Shown here: positions 50,991 to 61,565 of the stretch, one piece after another
How positions within the stretch are numbered: position 1 is the first letter of the stretch
Layout: every line of letters starts with the position of its first letter
Assembly (NCBI GenBank): GCA_965267535.1
Contig: OZ254082.1
Coordinates: forward strand, 4,409,904 to 4,473,903
Direction: 5' to 3'
DNA from: Cyclobacteriaceae bacterium
GTDB lineage: Bacteria > Bacteroidota > Bacteroidia > Cytophagales > Cyclobacteriaceae
Length of the DNA: 64,000 bases
Program-made: the position numbers and the translations under genes
Notes under the pieces: model-generated
Database searches by the model: none
Seen by the model: only the letters and a program-made list of their open reading frames with translations
Told to the model about the DNA's origin: nothing

Positions 50991-52646
50991 ATGAGAAAAA
51001 GAATTAAATACCTATCGCTGGTTATACTACCTGCTACGCTATTGCTTTTTGTAGCATCGATAGACAAAGACGATCGATACTTCCAGATCGCCAAAAACCT
51101 CGACATCTTCGCCTCGCTATACCACGAGATCAATACGCACTATGTAGACGAGATCAATCCCAACCAACTCTTGAATACTGGCGTGAAAGCCATGCTGAAA
51201 AAGCTGGACCCGTATACTGTATATATACCGGAAGACGACATAGAGGACTACCGCACTATGGCAACCGGAGAATACGGAGGCATAGGCATACAATCCAATA
51301 AAATAAATGGCAAGCATATCGTACTGATGGTGTATGAGAATTCACCAGCCTATGAGGCCGGCATCACCATAGCCGATGAGATTCTAGCATTAGACGGAGT
51401 AGACATCACCAATAAAACGGATCATGAGTTTGGAAAACTACTCAAAGGGCAGGCGGGCACAGAGGCAGAGCTAACTCTAAAACGAAACGGAGCTGAACAG
51501 TACACTGTAACGGTCAAGCGTGAAAAAATATCAATTCCAAACATTAGCTACAAAGGGATGATCACCGAAGATATTGGTTACCTAAGGCTGAGTGAGTTTA
51601 CCCGAAACGCCGGAGATGATGTGCGTAGTACAGTAAAATCCCTGAAAGAACAAGGAGCTAAAAAGATAGTGCTTGACCTTCGCGACAACCCCGGAGGGTT
51701 ATTAAATGAAGCAGTAAACATCTGCAATGTCTTTATCCCCAAAGACGAAAAAGTAGTGCACACCAAAGGAAAAACGAAAAAACAAAGCTTCGTATACAAC
51801 ACACGCCACAATCCGCTGGACACTGAAATACCACTAGCTGTACTGATCAATAGCAAAAGTGCCTCAGCCTCTGAGATCGTTTCGGGGGTAATGCAAGACT
51901 ATGACAGAGGTGTGTTAATAGGCCAAAAATCATATGGCAAAGGACTCGTGCAAATGACGCGACCGCTTTCGTACAATTCTCAGTTGAAACTGACTACCGC
52001 CAAATACTATGTACCCAGCGGCAGATGCATACAGGCCCTGGACTACTCCAACAGGAGAGAAGACGGTAGTGTAGGAAAAATACCGGACTCATTAAAATCC
52101 TCCTTCAATACCAAAAACGGACGAGTAGTCTACGACGGTGGCGGCATAGATCCAGACATACAAACCGAACCTCGCTCCCTTTCTTCCTTCACTAAAAACC
52201 TTCAAAACAGCGGCCTGTTATTCGATTACGCTACACAATACTACTACTCGCACAAAGAAATAGGTGACGCTAAATCATTCAGCCTGTCTGAAAAAGAGTA
52301 TGCGGAGTTTTTAGATTGGATGAAAACCAAGGAATTTGACAACAAATCGCTTGCTGAAGCCACAATAGAAGATTTGAAAAAAGCCTCTGCAAGCGACAAG
52401 GTATATAAGCAACTAATCGATGAAATAGAAGCCCTGCAGGCTGCCGTAAGCGAATTGAAATCCAATGGCCTTACCATTTACGAAGAAGAAATTAAAAGAT
52501 TACTGGAACTGGACATAGTATCCAGGTATCACCTGAGAGAAGGCCGAATTGAGGCATCTATACAGCATGACGCTGATATCGATACAGCCATCAAAACCCT
52601 CAACAATCCCTCTCAATACAGTGAGGTACTGGCCCGGGCAAAATAA
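50991..52646 (+). CDS. S41 family C-terminal processing protease (second paralog)
   Basis: LDPYT, LDLRDNPGGLL, SASASEIVSG, SYGKGLVQ, KYYVPSGRCIQ. Confidence 0.93.
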   Translation: MRKRIKYLSLVILPATLLLFVASIDKDDRYFQIAKNLDIFASLYHEINTHYVDEINPNQLLNTGVKAMLKKLDPYTVYIPEDDIEDYRTMATGEYGGIGIQSNKINGKHIVLMVYENSPAYEAGITIADEILALDGVDITNKTDHEFGKLLKGQAGTEAELTLKRNGAEQYTVTVKREKISIPNISYKGMITEDIGYLRLSEFTRNAGDDVRSTVKSLKEQGAKKIVLDLRDNPGGLLNEAVNICNVFIPKDEKVVHTKGKTKKQSFVYNTRHNPLDTEIPLAVLINSKSASASEIVSGVMQDYDRGVLIGQKSYGKGLVQMTRPLSYNSQLKLTTAKYYVPSGRCIQALDYSNRREDGSVGKIPDSLKSSFNTKNGRVVYDGGGIDPDIQTEPRSLSSFTKNLQNSGLLFDYATQYYYSHKEIGDAKSFSLSEKEYAEFLDWMKTKEFDNKSLAEATIEDLKKASASDKVYKQLIDEIEALQAAVSELKSNGLTIYEEEIKRLLELDIVSRYHLREGRIEASIQHDADIDTAIKTLNNPSQYSEVLARAK

Positions 52647-52727
52647 CCCGAAACAAAAAACTTTCCCCAGATTTGAACTTTATGGCGCTTTTAGCGGTTG
52701 TCAGTTTGCACCCAACTGCTAAAAACC

Positions 52728-53213
52728 ATGAAGAACCTCATTTCAAGCTTATGGCTTATATTGGCCTTGCTGACCGTATCGTGCGGTGTAGTGAGTCTGG
52801 ACGAACTAGCCGCAGGAGATACCATAGCGATCGACCCGGCTCAGTATCCTGAAAACAATCAGGCACTCACTACAGCTCTTACAGACAACACCTCAAAAAG
52901 CTGGTCTACTACCGGCTTCAACTACCATATCGTAAAGAGATTTCAGGCGTGCAGACTAGACGACACCATCACATTGCTAGCCGACAACACCTACCAATAC
53001 GACGGTGGCGACCTCCTGTGCGGAGCTGAAGATGACACGCGTAAAAAATCCGGCACATGGGAAGCCAACTACGAAGGGCGTAAGCTCACCTTCGACAAAG
53101 GAACCTCACACGAAGTGGAGCTTTATATTGAAGAAGCCAGCGAAAACCAAATCATTGTAAGTGCCACCTACATGAATGTAAAAGTAGTAGGCCGATACGA
53201 ATTAGCCCTATGA
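52728..53213 (+). CDS. Lipoprotein, lipocalin-like beta-barrel domain
   Basis: Lipobox TVSC; CRLDD..C pair, GTW motif; ATG 52728. Confidence 0.65.
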   Translation: MKNLISSLWLILALLTVSCGVVSLDELAAGDTIAIDPAQYPENNQALTTALTDNTSKSWSTTGFNYHIVKRFQACRLDDTITLLADNTYQYDGGDLLCGAEDDTRKKSGTWEANYEGRKLTFDKGTSHEVELYIEEASENQIIVSATYMNVKVVGRYELAL

Positions 53214-54082
53214 AAACACTACTCCTTTTATGCACCTTGATGTGCTTAACTATAGCCGGTTATGGTCAGTCAAATGTTCAGGTTTATACTCCTTCGGTTC
53301 TTCTTCAAAAAGGACAGGTTGAAGTACTACAGTTTAACAACTACTACACGCAAACTCATATCCGAAATCAAAACGGCGACAAAGTAACTGTCGGTCAGCG
53401 GCAATCCTTTCTTCGCAATACTATTGGGCTACTATACGGCACTTCTACATCCGGAAAATTCAATATTGGAGTAGAAGCAAACATAAGCAGTGCACGATAT
53501 AGCGCTGCTTCCGATTCATTTTTTAGTCTTTTTGAAAATTCACAGGATGATTTCAAAAAAACAGTATTGTCTGCTATTGGGCCAAAAGTTAAGTTTATTC
53601 CATTCGACGCTCTCAATGGTTTTTCTATACAGTCTACCTTTTTAATTCCTCTCTCTGATCAACTTGAAGCAGGGCAATTTATCGACCACCATCGATACAG
53701 TTGGTTTACACAGTTTTTTTACGACAAGGCTCTTAGTCAAAATTTTCGGTTATTCCTGGAAGCCGACATCCTGTATCGCATAAAAGCCAATAGCGTGCAG
53801 CAAAACTTTTTCCGTACACCTTTGAGCGCTATCCTCAGTTACTTTCCAACCCCTCGCTCTACGGTATACCTCCTCTACCAGCATGCTCCTGCGTTTGGCA
53901 CTCTCAGAGGCGCCAGCAGCGAAGTATTTGGTCAGCTACGATGGTTTTCTCAAGCAGGCATTGGAGCAAAATATCAACTCACCAATAGCCTTGGCCTTGA
54001 GGTATCATATGGTAATTTCTTCTTGTCCAGAAACGATGGAGCCGGTCAGGTAGTCAATCTGGGCTTGCGGATTATCCGGTGA
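53210..54082 (+). CDS. Putative outer-membrane beta-barrel protein
   Basis: Signal peptide; amphipathic strands; C-terminal VVNLGLRII; ATGA overlap with the upstream lipoprotein gene. Confidence 0.65.
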   Translation: MKTLLLLCTLMCLTIAGYGQSNVQVYTPSVLLQKGQVEVLQFNNYYTQTHIRNQNGDKVTVGQRQSFLRNTIGLLYGTSTSGKFNIGVEANISSARYSAASDSFFSLFENSQDDFKKTVLSAIGPKVKFIPFDALNGFSIQSTFLIPLSDQLEAGQFIDHHRYSWFTQFFYDKALSQNFRLFLEADILYRIKANSVQQNFFRTPLSAILSYFPTPRSTVYLLYQHAPAFGTLRGASSEVFGQLRWFSQAGIGAKYQLTNSLGLEVSYGNFFLSRNDGAGQVVNLGLRIIR

Positions 54083-54296
54083 TAACCAACCCGTTTTCTC
54101 TAACTTTTGGTACGTAAGTAAAAGACTCTCAACTACTCGCAGAGCCGTCACGCCCGGGGGCTGCACCCCACTACTGACCTGCCTGAAAATAAATTCGTCG
54201 GATTATTGACCGGACTTGTCGAAATAATTCGACTAACTATATATATAAGCTTACTATTGCCGAGTCAACCAATTCAACCATTTTTTTAACACAGCT

Positions 54297-54515
54297 ATGA
54301 GTACTTATTTACTTTGGTACAATCCAATAAAACAAGAATATCAGGCAGGGGAAAAAGAGCAATACAATGAAGCCGCTTCTGAAAGCGACGAATCAGAAGA
54401 TTTTGTACTGCTGGAAACCTTCAACGACTTAACACAAGCCGGAATAGAAAAATTATTTGATCAGGTAAATGCCCTAAACGGATACAACCTACAAACTGTA
54501 AACTTCTCCGTTTAA
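54297..54515 (+). CDS. Small acidic hypothetical protein (72 aa)
   Basis: Good start context (tttttaacacagctATG), protein-like composition, fills an intergenic gap. Confidence 0.7.
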   Translation: MSTYLLWYNPIKQEYQAGEKEQYNEAASESDESEDFVLLETFNDLTQAGIEKLFDQVNALNGYNLQTVNFSV

Positions 54516-54618
54516 GCATCAACCAGGCCCTATCTACCATCACCTGCCAAAACCTGCACTTTATCGTTTGTTTTTGGCTGCTCAGCGAAAAGTCCATTTT
54601 CACCCTCTCCCTTTGACC

Positions 54619-54626
54619 TAATTTTG
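54619..54626 (+). promoter_or_regulatory. -7 box (TAATTTTG) of the candidate small RNA
   Basis: Exact TAnnTTTG match about 100 nt upstream of an orphan terminator. Confidence 0.6.
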
Positions 54627-54630
54627 GCGT

Positions 54631-54750
54631 ATAGTTATTCAGGCAACCCAACGCCCAATTGTCATTAACCCAAAAACAAGATCTTAAGCTATGGATAGGG
54701 CAGGTTGTATGAATAAAATTTGATTAGCACCCCGTTTGGGGTGCTTTTTT
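54631..54750 (+). ncRNA. Candidate small RNA (or micro-ORF mRNA) upstream of rpsP
   Basis: Bounded by a promoter and a terminator; 5' and 3' segments pair (ttattca/tgaataa, caacc/ggttg, gccc/gggc). Confidence 0.5.
54726..54750 (+). terminator. Intrinsic terminator
   Basis: AGCACCCC-GTTT-GGGGTGCT perfect 8-bp stem followed by a T run. Confidence 0.85.
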
Positions 54751-54826
54751 GTTGTCCGGGTTATTCAAAAATCCGAAAGAAAGATTTATAAATCAGACAC
54801 ATAATAGTATTTGCCAATATTTTACC

Positions 54827-54834
54827 TAAATTTG
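54827..54834 (+). promoter_or_regulatory. -7 box (TAAATTTG) of the rpsP operon
   Basis: Exact TAnnTTTG match 52 nt upstream of the rpsP ATG. Confidence 0.65.
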
Positions 54835-54886
54835 CGGACTTTTAAACCGTGGACGTGATCCACACCCTTTAAAAATTTAAATACTA

Positions 54887-55474
54887 ATGGCAACAAGAAT
54901 TAGATTAGCGCGTCGAGGACGCAAGAAAATGGCGATGTACGATGTAGTCGTAGCTGACACCAGAGCACCACGTGATGGTCGCTTCATTGAAAAACTGGGA
55001 ACTTACAACCCAAACACCAACCCTGCCAGCATCGTGCTAAACGATGACAAGGCACTAGAGTGGGTAATGACAGGAGCTCAACCTTCTGACACTGTAAAAG
55101 CAATCCTTTCTTACCGAGGCATCATGCTCAAGAAGCATTTGCAGGTAGGTGTAAATAAAGGAGCTATCACTCAAGAGCAGGCTGACGCCAAATTCGAAGA
55201 GTGGAAAGCTGGAAAAGATGCTAAAATCCAGAACAAAGTAGATTCGTTGGCACAGAAAAAAGCGGACGATGACAAAGCGAAGTTCGAAGCAGAAGCAAAA
55301 GTAAATGCAGCCAGAGCTGAGGCAATTCAGGCCAAGCAAGCTGTAGCAGAACCTGAAGCCGAAGAAGAAACTACTGAAGAAGCTGCTGAAGCTACCGCTG
55401 AGGCGCCTGCTACTGAAGAAGTAAAAGAAGAAGCTGCCGCTCCTGCAGAAGAAAAGAAAGAAGAAGAAAAATAA
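54887..55474 (+). CDS. rpsP: 30S ribosomal protein S16 with long Ala/Glu/Lys-rich C-terminal extension
   Basis: RIRLARRGRKK, RAPRDGRFIEKLGTYNP, GAQPSDTV. Confidence 0.97.
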   Translation: MATRIRLARRGRKKMAMYDVVVADTRAPRDGRFIEKLGTYNPNTNPASIVLNDDKALEWVMTGAQPSDTVKAILSYRGIMLKKHLQVGVNKGAITQEQADAKFEEWKAGKDAKIQNKVDSLAQKKADDDKAKFEAEAKVNAARAEAIQAKQAVAEPEAEEETTEEAAEATAEAPATEEVKEEAAAPAEEKKEEEK

Positions 55475-55480
55475 TCCAAA

Positions 55481-56014
55481 ATGAGGGTCGATGACTGCTA
55501 CCAACTTGGTTATGTCACCAAAACCCATGGATTAAAGGGGGAAATCCAGATTATGCTGGATGTAGACAACCCTGCAGAATATACCAATCTGGAATCAATG
55601 TTTGTTTTACGAAACAATACATTGATTCCATTTTTTATTGATCACATACAGGTAAACGGCAACAAGGCACTGGTGAAACTGGACGAAGTAGACGATGTAT
55701 CTACTGCCAAAGACCTTGTCTCGTCCGAAATATACCTGCCACTAAGCCTACTGCCTGAACTCAGTGATGAGCAGTTTTACTTTCACGAGATTATTGGTTA
55801 TCAGTTTTTCGACAAAGAAAACTTAATCGGCGAAGTGAAAAATGTGTATGCGATAGCCCCACAAACACTCATTGAGGTGGATCACAACGGAGTAGATGTA
55901 CTTGTACCTCTAAACGACGAAGTGATAAAAAAAGTCGCTAAAAATGAAAGCAAGGTATATGCAGAATTGCCCGAAGGATTATTAGACGTATACACCAGTT
56001 CTCATGAGGATTGA
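55481..56014 (+). CDS. rimM: Ribosome maturation factor RimM
   Basis: [20 protein letters not shown], operon position. Confidence 0.95.
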   Translation: MRVDDCYQLGYVTKTHGLKGEIQIMLDVDNPAEYTNLESMFVLRNNTLIPFFIDHIQVNGNKALVKLDEVDDVSTAKDLVSSEIYLPLSLLPELSDEQFYFHEIIGYQFFDKENLIGEVKNVYAIAPQTLIEVDHNGVDVLVPLNDEVIKKVAKNESKVYAELPEGLLDVYTSSHED

Positions 56015-56690
56015 CATCATTACATGTGTACCCGACCTGCTCGCAAGTCCATTCAGTCACAGCATATTAAAAAGAGCTGAAGACAAAGGATTGGCTCAGG
56101 TGGTCGTTCACAACCTGCGCGACTATGCCACCAGCAAACATAAAAATGTAGACGACTATGCATTTGGTGGTGGAGCCGGAATGGTACTCATGATTGAGCC
56201 AATCGACAACTGCATAACCAAACTAAAAGCCGAGCGGGAGTACGACGAAGTAATCTACCTAAGCCCCGACGGTGACCTGCTGCAGCAAAGCATATCTAAC
56301 GAACTTAGCCTGAAGCAAAACCTGATTATGCTCTGCGGACACTATAAAGGTGTAGATGAGCGAGTGCGTGAGCACCTGGTTACTAAGGAGATAAGCATCG
56401 GCGATTATGTGCTCTCAGGCGGAGAGCTGGCCGCAGCTGTACTGGCCGATTCGGTCATAAGGCTAATTCCGGGAGTGCTCAACGACGAAACCTCTGCCCT
56501 GACCGATTCTTTTCAGGACGATCTGGTATCGCCTCCTGTATACACCCGACCTGCTGACTACAAAGGACTAAAGGTTCCTGAAGTACTCACCTCAGGCCAT
56601 GATGCCAAAATTCAGCAGTGGCGGTTTGATCAGGCCATTGAACGTACCAAAGAGCGCAGACCCGACTTATTAAAGAAAGACAACAATTAA
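56004..56690 (+). CDS. trmD: tRNA (guanine37-N1)-methyltransferase
   Basis: [34 protein letters not shown]. Confidence 0.97.
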   Translation: MRIDIITCVPDLLASPFSHSILKRAEDKGLAQVVVHNLRDYATSKHKNVDDYAFGGGAGMVLMIEPIDNCITKLKAEREYDEVIYLSPDGDLLQQSISNELSLKQNLIMLCGHYKGVDERVREHLVTKEISIGDYVLSGGELAAAVLADSVIRLIPGVLNDETSALTDSFQDDLVSPPVYTRPADYKGLKVPEVLTSGHDAKIQQWRFDQAIERTKERRPDLLKKDNN

Positions 56691-56770
56691 TTTTTGCATA
56701 TATGGGATAATAAAAAATTATCTCTATATTTGCACTCCGTTTTTTACGGGCACTAAAAATACCGAACACG

Positions 56771-57124
56771 ATGAGCGAATTAATCAAATTAATAGAAAGC
56801 GAATACAATCCGATTAGAGAATCTATCCCGGCTTTTGATGCAGGTGATACAGTAAATGTTCACGTAAAGATCAAAGAGGGTAACAAAGAAAGGATTCAGC
56901 AGTTTCAGGGCACGGTAATGCAACGCAGAAACCCCGGAACCAACGGAGAAACTTTTACTGTAAGAAAAGTTTCTAGTGGTATCGCTGTAGAAAGAATTTT
57001 CCCATTGACTTCTCCAAACATCGACAAGATCGAAGTGCTCAGAAGAGGTAAGGTAAGAAGAGCAAGACTGTTTTACCTACGAGGAAGAAAAGGAAAAGCA
57101 GCTAGAATTAAAGAAAAACTTTAA
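56771..57124 (+). CDS. rplS: 50S ribosomal protein L19
   Basis: [31 protein letters not shown]. Confidence 0.97.
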   Translation: MSELIKLIESEYNPIRESIPAFDAGDTVNVHVKIKEGNKERIQQFQGTVMQRRNPGTNGETFTVRKVSSGIAVERIFPLTSPNIDKIEVLRRGKVRRARLFYLRGRKGKAARIKEKL

Positions 57125-57146
57125 TCGCTGTTTAAACAATATTAAG

Positions 57147-57178
57147 AAAGCCACTCCTCAGGGATTGGCTTTTTTTTT
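57147..57178 (+). terminator. Intrinsic terminator of the rpsP-rplS operon
   Basis: agcca/tggct plus tcc/gga stem followed by a run of 9 T. Confidence 0.75.
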
Positions 57179-57232
57179 ACCCATACCACATTACCTCTCC
57201 TAATTATCATCAAATCCTATTACTTTTGATTT

Positions 57233-58006
57233 ATGACTATACCCTTTTATAAATACCAGGGCACTGGAAATGACTTTGTAATGATAGATAACCGTGAAGG
57301 AAAATTTCCTCACGAAATTCATCACATACAGCAGTTGTGCGACAGAAGATTTGGCATTGGCGCTGATGGCCTCATCCTGATAGAGAACCATCCTACTTTG
57401 GATTTCGAAATGGTATACTTCAACGCCGACGGCAGTAAAAGCCTCTGCGGAAACGGCAGTCGTTGTGCGGTGAACTTCGCCAAACAACTGGGTATCATTT
57501 CATCCAGTACGCGGTTCCTTACAATAGATGGCGAGTATCATGCCATGATAGATGAAAATCAAATTGTTCACCTGAAAATGAAAGACATAGGAGGACTACA
57601 AGCAAAAGGCAATGACTTCTTTTTAGACAATGGCTCTCCTCATCACATCACTTTCACACAAAACAATGGAGCTACTGATGTGTATGGTGAAGGAAAAGCC
57701 ATACGCCAAAGTGACGCTTACAAACCCGGCGGAACGAATGTGAACTTCGTGGAAATTCTGGATGCTCAAACCATAGATGTAAGAACATTTGAACGCGGCG
57801 TAGAAGATGAGACATTCTCTTGCGGCACGGGTGTAACAGCCTCGAGTCTGGCAGCATCACAAAAAGGCATCAAGAGTCCTGTAGCCATTCACACCAAAGG
57901 AGGTCAGCTTGGCGTTCGCTTTGAGAAAACCGAAAAAGGTACTTTTGAAAATATATGGCTATCAGGACCGGCAAAGCTGGTTTTCTCTGGAGAAGTAACC
58001 CTTTAA
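57233..58006 (+). CDS. dapF: Diaminopimelate epimerase
   Basis: KYQGTGNDF, GIGADG, CGNGSRC, TFERGVEDETFSCGTG. Confidence 0.96.
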   Translation: MTIPFYKYQGTGNDFVMIDNREGKFPHEIHHIQQLCDRRFGIGADGLILIENHPTLDFEMVYFNADGSKSLCGNGSRCAVNFAKQLGIISSSTRFLTIDGEYHAMIDENQIVHLKMKDIGGLQAKGNDFFLDNGSPHHITFTQNNGATDVYGEGKAIRQSDAYKPGGTNVNFVEILDAQTIDVRTFERGVEDETFSCGTGVTASSLAASQKGIKSPVAIHTKGGQLGVRFEKTEKGTFENIWLSGPAKLVFSGEVTL

Positions 58007-58214
58007 GAATAGCACAAAACCCACGCATTGTTATGCTTTTTTCTCCTGATCGCGTAATGCCTTGCCTTTTACTTTTCAATACTAAAAAAGCGACTACCTT
58101 TACACCCCTTAAAATGGCTCTGACAATTTGTCTCCGAACCAAAAGTGGTGTAAATGTTGCAGGTCAGAGCAGACAGCTAACGAATACATTAAGAAAATAC
58201 AACTATCCGAATAT

Positions 58215-61200
58215 ATGTTAACTACTATTACTAAAGGCATTGCAAAGATATTTGGGACGAAAGCAGACAAAGACCTGAAAGAGCTAATGCCTTACGTGGG
58301 ACTGATCAATGGTGAGTATGAAAAACTACACAGCATTACTGACGATCAGCTTCGTGATAAGACAAAAGAACTAAAAGCGGAAATTAACGAAAGGTTAAAA
58401 GCAATAGATGACCAGATCGCGGCTATCCAAAAGCAGGTAGATGAAAACCCTGACATGGACATCCACGAAAAGGAAGCTGCCTTTGGTCAAATAGACAAAC
58501 TAGAAGAAAAACGGGACGAGGAACTCGAGGTTGTCCTACTGGAAATCTTGCCTCGCGCGTTCGCTATAGTAAAAGAAACTGCCAGAAGGTTTACAGAAAA
58601 CAAAAAACTAGTAGTAGCCGCTACTATGGAAGACAAGCAGCTTGCTGCAAGCAAGCCGCATATAAGCATAGAAGGCGAAACTGCAACCTGGCACAACAAA
58701 TGGATGGCACATGGCACAGAAGTAGAGTGGAATATGATCCACTACGATGTGCAGCTTATTGGTGGAGTAGTGCTCCATCAGGGAAAAATCGCTGAAATGG
58801 CCACCGGTGAGGGTAAAACCCTGGTAGCTACGCTCCCGGCCTACCTCAATGCACTGGCCGGACGTGGGGTACACGTGGTAACAGTAAACGACTATCTGGC
58901 TAAACGTGACTCGGAGTGGAACGCTCCCCTGTTTCAGTTTCACGGACTTTCCGTAGACTGTATCGATAATCACCAGCCAAACTCGCCTAATAGACGCAAA
59001 GCATACCAGTGCGACATTATCTACGGAACCAACAACGAGTTTGGGTTTGATTACCTCCGTGATAACATGTCGCGCCAACCCGACGAGCTGGTTCAGCGAA
59101 AGCACCATTTTGCCATGGTAGATGAGGTGGATTCCGTACTGGTCGATGACGCCCGTACGCCTCTTATCATTTCAGGCCCCATACCTAAAGGTGACGAGCA
59201 CGAGTTTTACGATCTCAAACCCCGAATAAGCAAACTGGTAGAGGCTCAAAAGAAACTTGCATCGCAATACCTCAATGAAGCTAAAAAACTTATCAAAGAG
59301 GGAAATGAAGCAGAAGCCGGTCTGCCGTTGTTTAGAGCTTACCGGGGACTACCCAAGTACAAACCCTTGATCAAGTTTCTCAGCGAAACGGGCATCCGCC
59401 AGATTCTCCAAAAAACGGAAAACTTTTACCTCCAGGACAATCAAAAAAACATGCCTGAGGCCGATGCTCCACTCTATTTTACTATAGATGAAAAGCACAA
59501 CAGCATCGAGCTAACAGAAAACGGCATAGACCTGATTACAGGAGAAGGCGAAGACGCCAACTTCTTTATCATGCCGGATATAGGGGTGGAAATATCCAAA
59601 CTGGAAAGCGACACCAGCCTTTCCGAAGCTGACATGCTGGCAGCTAAAGAAGCCGTAATAAAAGATTACTCTGTAAAAGCACAGCGCATCCACTCTGTCA
59701 ACCAACTACTCAAAGCTTATACACTCTTTGAAAAAGACGTAGAGTATATCGTAGTAGACGATAAAGTGAAGATTGTAGACGAGCAAACCGGTAGGGTGAT
59801 GGATGGCCGTCGCTATTCTGATGGGCTGCATCAGGCTATAGAAGCCAAAGAAAATGTAAAAGTAGAAGACGCTACCCAGACCTACGCTACCGTAACATTG
59901 CAAAACTACTTTAGAATGTATCACAAGCTTTGTGGTATGACAGGTACAGCAGAAACGGAAGCCGGAGAATTCTGGGAAATCTATAAACTGGATGTGGTAG
60001 TAGTACCTACCAACCGTCCTATTTCGCGAAACGACATGGAAGACAAAGTCTATAAAACCATGCGCGAAAAATTCAATGCGGTAGCCGATGAAATACTCGA
60101 ACTAACCAAAGCCGGAAGACCCGTACTGGTAGGTACTACTTCGGTAGAAATATCAGAAGTAGTAAGCCGAATGCTCGATATGAAAGGAATAAAACATCAG
60201 GTCCTGAATGCGAAGCACCACGCCAAAGAAGCCGACGTAGTAGCCGCAGCTGGTCAGCCCGGCACTGTCACGATAGCAACTAACATGGCCGGTAGAGGTA
60301 CTGACATCAAACTCACGCCGGAATCAAGAGCAGCTGGCGGTTTGGCCATTATAGGAACCGAACGTCATGAATCCAGACGTGTAGACCGTCAGTTGAGAGG
60401 TCGGGCAGGTCGTCAGGGAGATGTGGGATCGTCTCAGTTTTTTGTATCGCTGGAAGACAACCTAATGCGCCTCTTTGGCTCGGACCGTATAGCCAAAATC
60501 ATGGACAGGCTCGGTTTGGAAGAAGGTGAGGTAATTCAGCACAGTATGATTACCAAGTCGATAGAACGCGCTCAAAAGAAGGTAGAAGAAAACAACTTTG
60601 CCATGAGAAAGCGTCTGCTGGAATACGATGACGTAATGAATTCTCAGCGAGACGTTATCTATACCCGTAGAAAAAATGCCCTGTTTGGCGAACGCCTGGA
60701 CCTGGATATTCTCAACATGATGTACGACACATCAGAAGACCTGGTCATCAATGCCAAAGCAGCCGTAGATTACGACAGTTTCAGACTCAACACACTCAGT
60801 GTTCTCGGAATTGATGTAAAAATATCTCAGGAAGAATTTGAAAAAGGCACTGAGGCCGATCTGGCCGATCGACTGTATCACGAAATACTTGAGCAATACC
60901 ATGCTAAAAACGATCGGGTAGCCCAGCAGTCTTTACCCGTACTGCAAAACATACACGCCACCCGTGGAGCTACGGTAGATGACATTATGATCCCCTTTAC
61001 CGACGGCAAAAAGCAGGTAGGTGTAGTTGCCAACCTCGAAAAATGCATAGAAACCGAAGGCAAGGAGGTAATTAAATCCATGGAAAAAATGATAGCTCTG
61101 GCGGTTATCGACCAAAGCTGGAAAGAACACCTCCGCGAAATGGACGACCTGAAGCAATCGGTACAAAATGCTGTTTACGAGCAAAAAGATCCATTGCTCA

Positions 61201-61565
61201 TCTATAAATTCGAATCTTTTGAGCTTTTCAAACGATTTTTGGCCAAAGTAAACGAGGAAACCATTTCTTTCCTTATGAAAGCCATCATACCGGTAGAGAA
61301 TCCCGACGAAGTTCATGAAGCCCGCCAGCAACGATCGCAGCAAAACTACAACGAGTCTAAAGAGGAAAGTCGCTCGCTACTAAGTGGTAATAAAGACAAC
61401 AACAGGCCTCCGGTAGAGCGCTCTGCCCCTGTAAAATCGGAAAAGATTTATGGACGAAACGATCGGGTAAACGTGCAATATGCCGACGGTACAGTTAAAG
61501 AGAACGTAAAATTTAAAGCGGTAGAAGAAGATCTGAAAAACAATAGATGTGTCATACTTGAATAA
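58215..61565 (+). CDS. secA: Preprotein translocase subunit SecA
   Basis: [51 protein letters not shown]; ATG 58215 preferred to TTG 58128. Confidence 0.97.
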   Translation: MLTTITKGIAKIFGTKADKDLKELMPYVGLINGEYEKLHSITDDQLRDKTKELKAEINERLKAIDDQIAAIQKQVDENPDMDIHEKEAAFGQIDKLEEKRDEELEVVLLEILPRAFAIVKETARRFTENKKLVVAATMEDKQLAASKPHISIEGETATWHNKWMAHGTEVEWNMIHYDVQLIGGVVLHQGKIAEMATGEGKTLVATLPAYLNALAGRGVHVVTVNDYLAKRDSEWNAPLFQFHGLSVDCIDNHQPNSPNRRKAYQCDIIYGTNNEFGFDYLRDNMSRQPDELVQRKHHFAMVDEVDSVLVDDARTPLIISGPIPKGDEHEFYDLKPRISKLVEAQKKLASQYLNEAKKLIKEGNEAEAGLPLFRAYRGLPKYKPLIKFLSETGIRQILQKTENFYLQDNQKNMPEADAPLYFTIDEKHNSIELTENGIDLITGEGEDANFFIMPDIGVEISKLESDTSLSEADMLAAKEAVIKDYSVKAQRIHSVNQLLKAYTLFEKDVEYIVVDDKVKIVDEQTGRVMDGRRYSDGLHQAIEAKENVKVEDATQTYATVTLQNYFRMYHKLCGMTGTAETEAGEFWEIYKLDVVVVPTNRPISRNDMEDKVYKTMREKFNAVADEILELTKAGRPVLVGTTSVEISEVVSRMLDMKGIKHQVLNAKHHAKEADVVAAAGQPGTVTIATNMAGRGTDIKLTPESRAAGGLAIIGTERHESRRVDRQLRGRAGRQGDVGSSQFFVSLEDNLMRLFGSDRIAKIMDRLGLEEGEVIQHSMITKSIERAQKKVEENNFAMRKRLLEYDDVMNSQRDVIYTRRKNALFGERLDLDILNMMYDTSEDLVINAKAAVDYDSFRLNTLSVLGIDVKISQEEFEKGTEADLADRLYHEILEQYHAKNDRVAQQSLPVLQNIHATRGATVDDIMIPFTDGKKQVGVVANLEKCIETEGKEVIKSMEKMIALAVIDQSWKEHLREMDDLKQSVQNAVYEQKDPLLIYKFESFELFKRFLAKVNEETISFLMKAIIPVENPDEVHEARQQRSQQNYNESKEESRSLLSGNKDNNRPPVERSAPVKSEKIYGRNDRVNVQYADGTVKENVKFKAVEEDLKNNRCVILE

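Noticed and set aside
55250-55474. Low-complexity GAA/GCT-rich tract in rpsP as a repeat element
   Set aside because: It encodes the Ala/Glu-rich S16 tail common in Bacteroidota and is not an independent repeat.
58128-58214. Cys-rich N-terminal extension of SecA (KWCKCCR) from the TTG start
   Set aside because: SecA homology and a good ATG context begin at 58215; the extension is probably just open frame.
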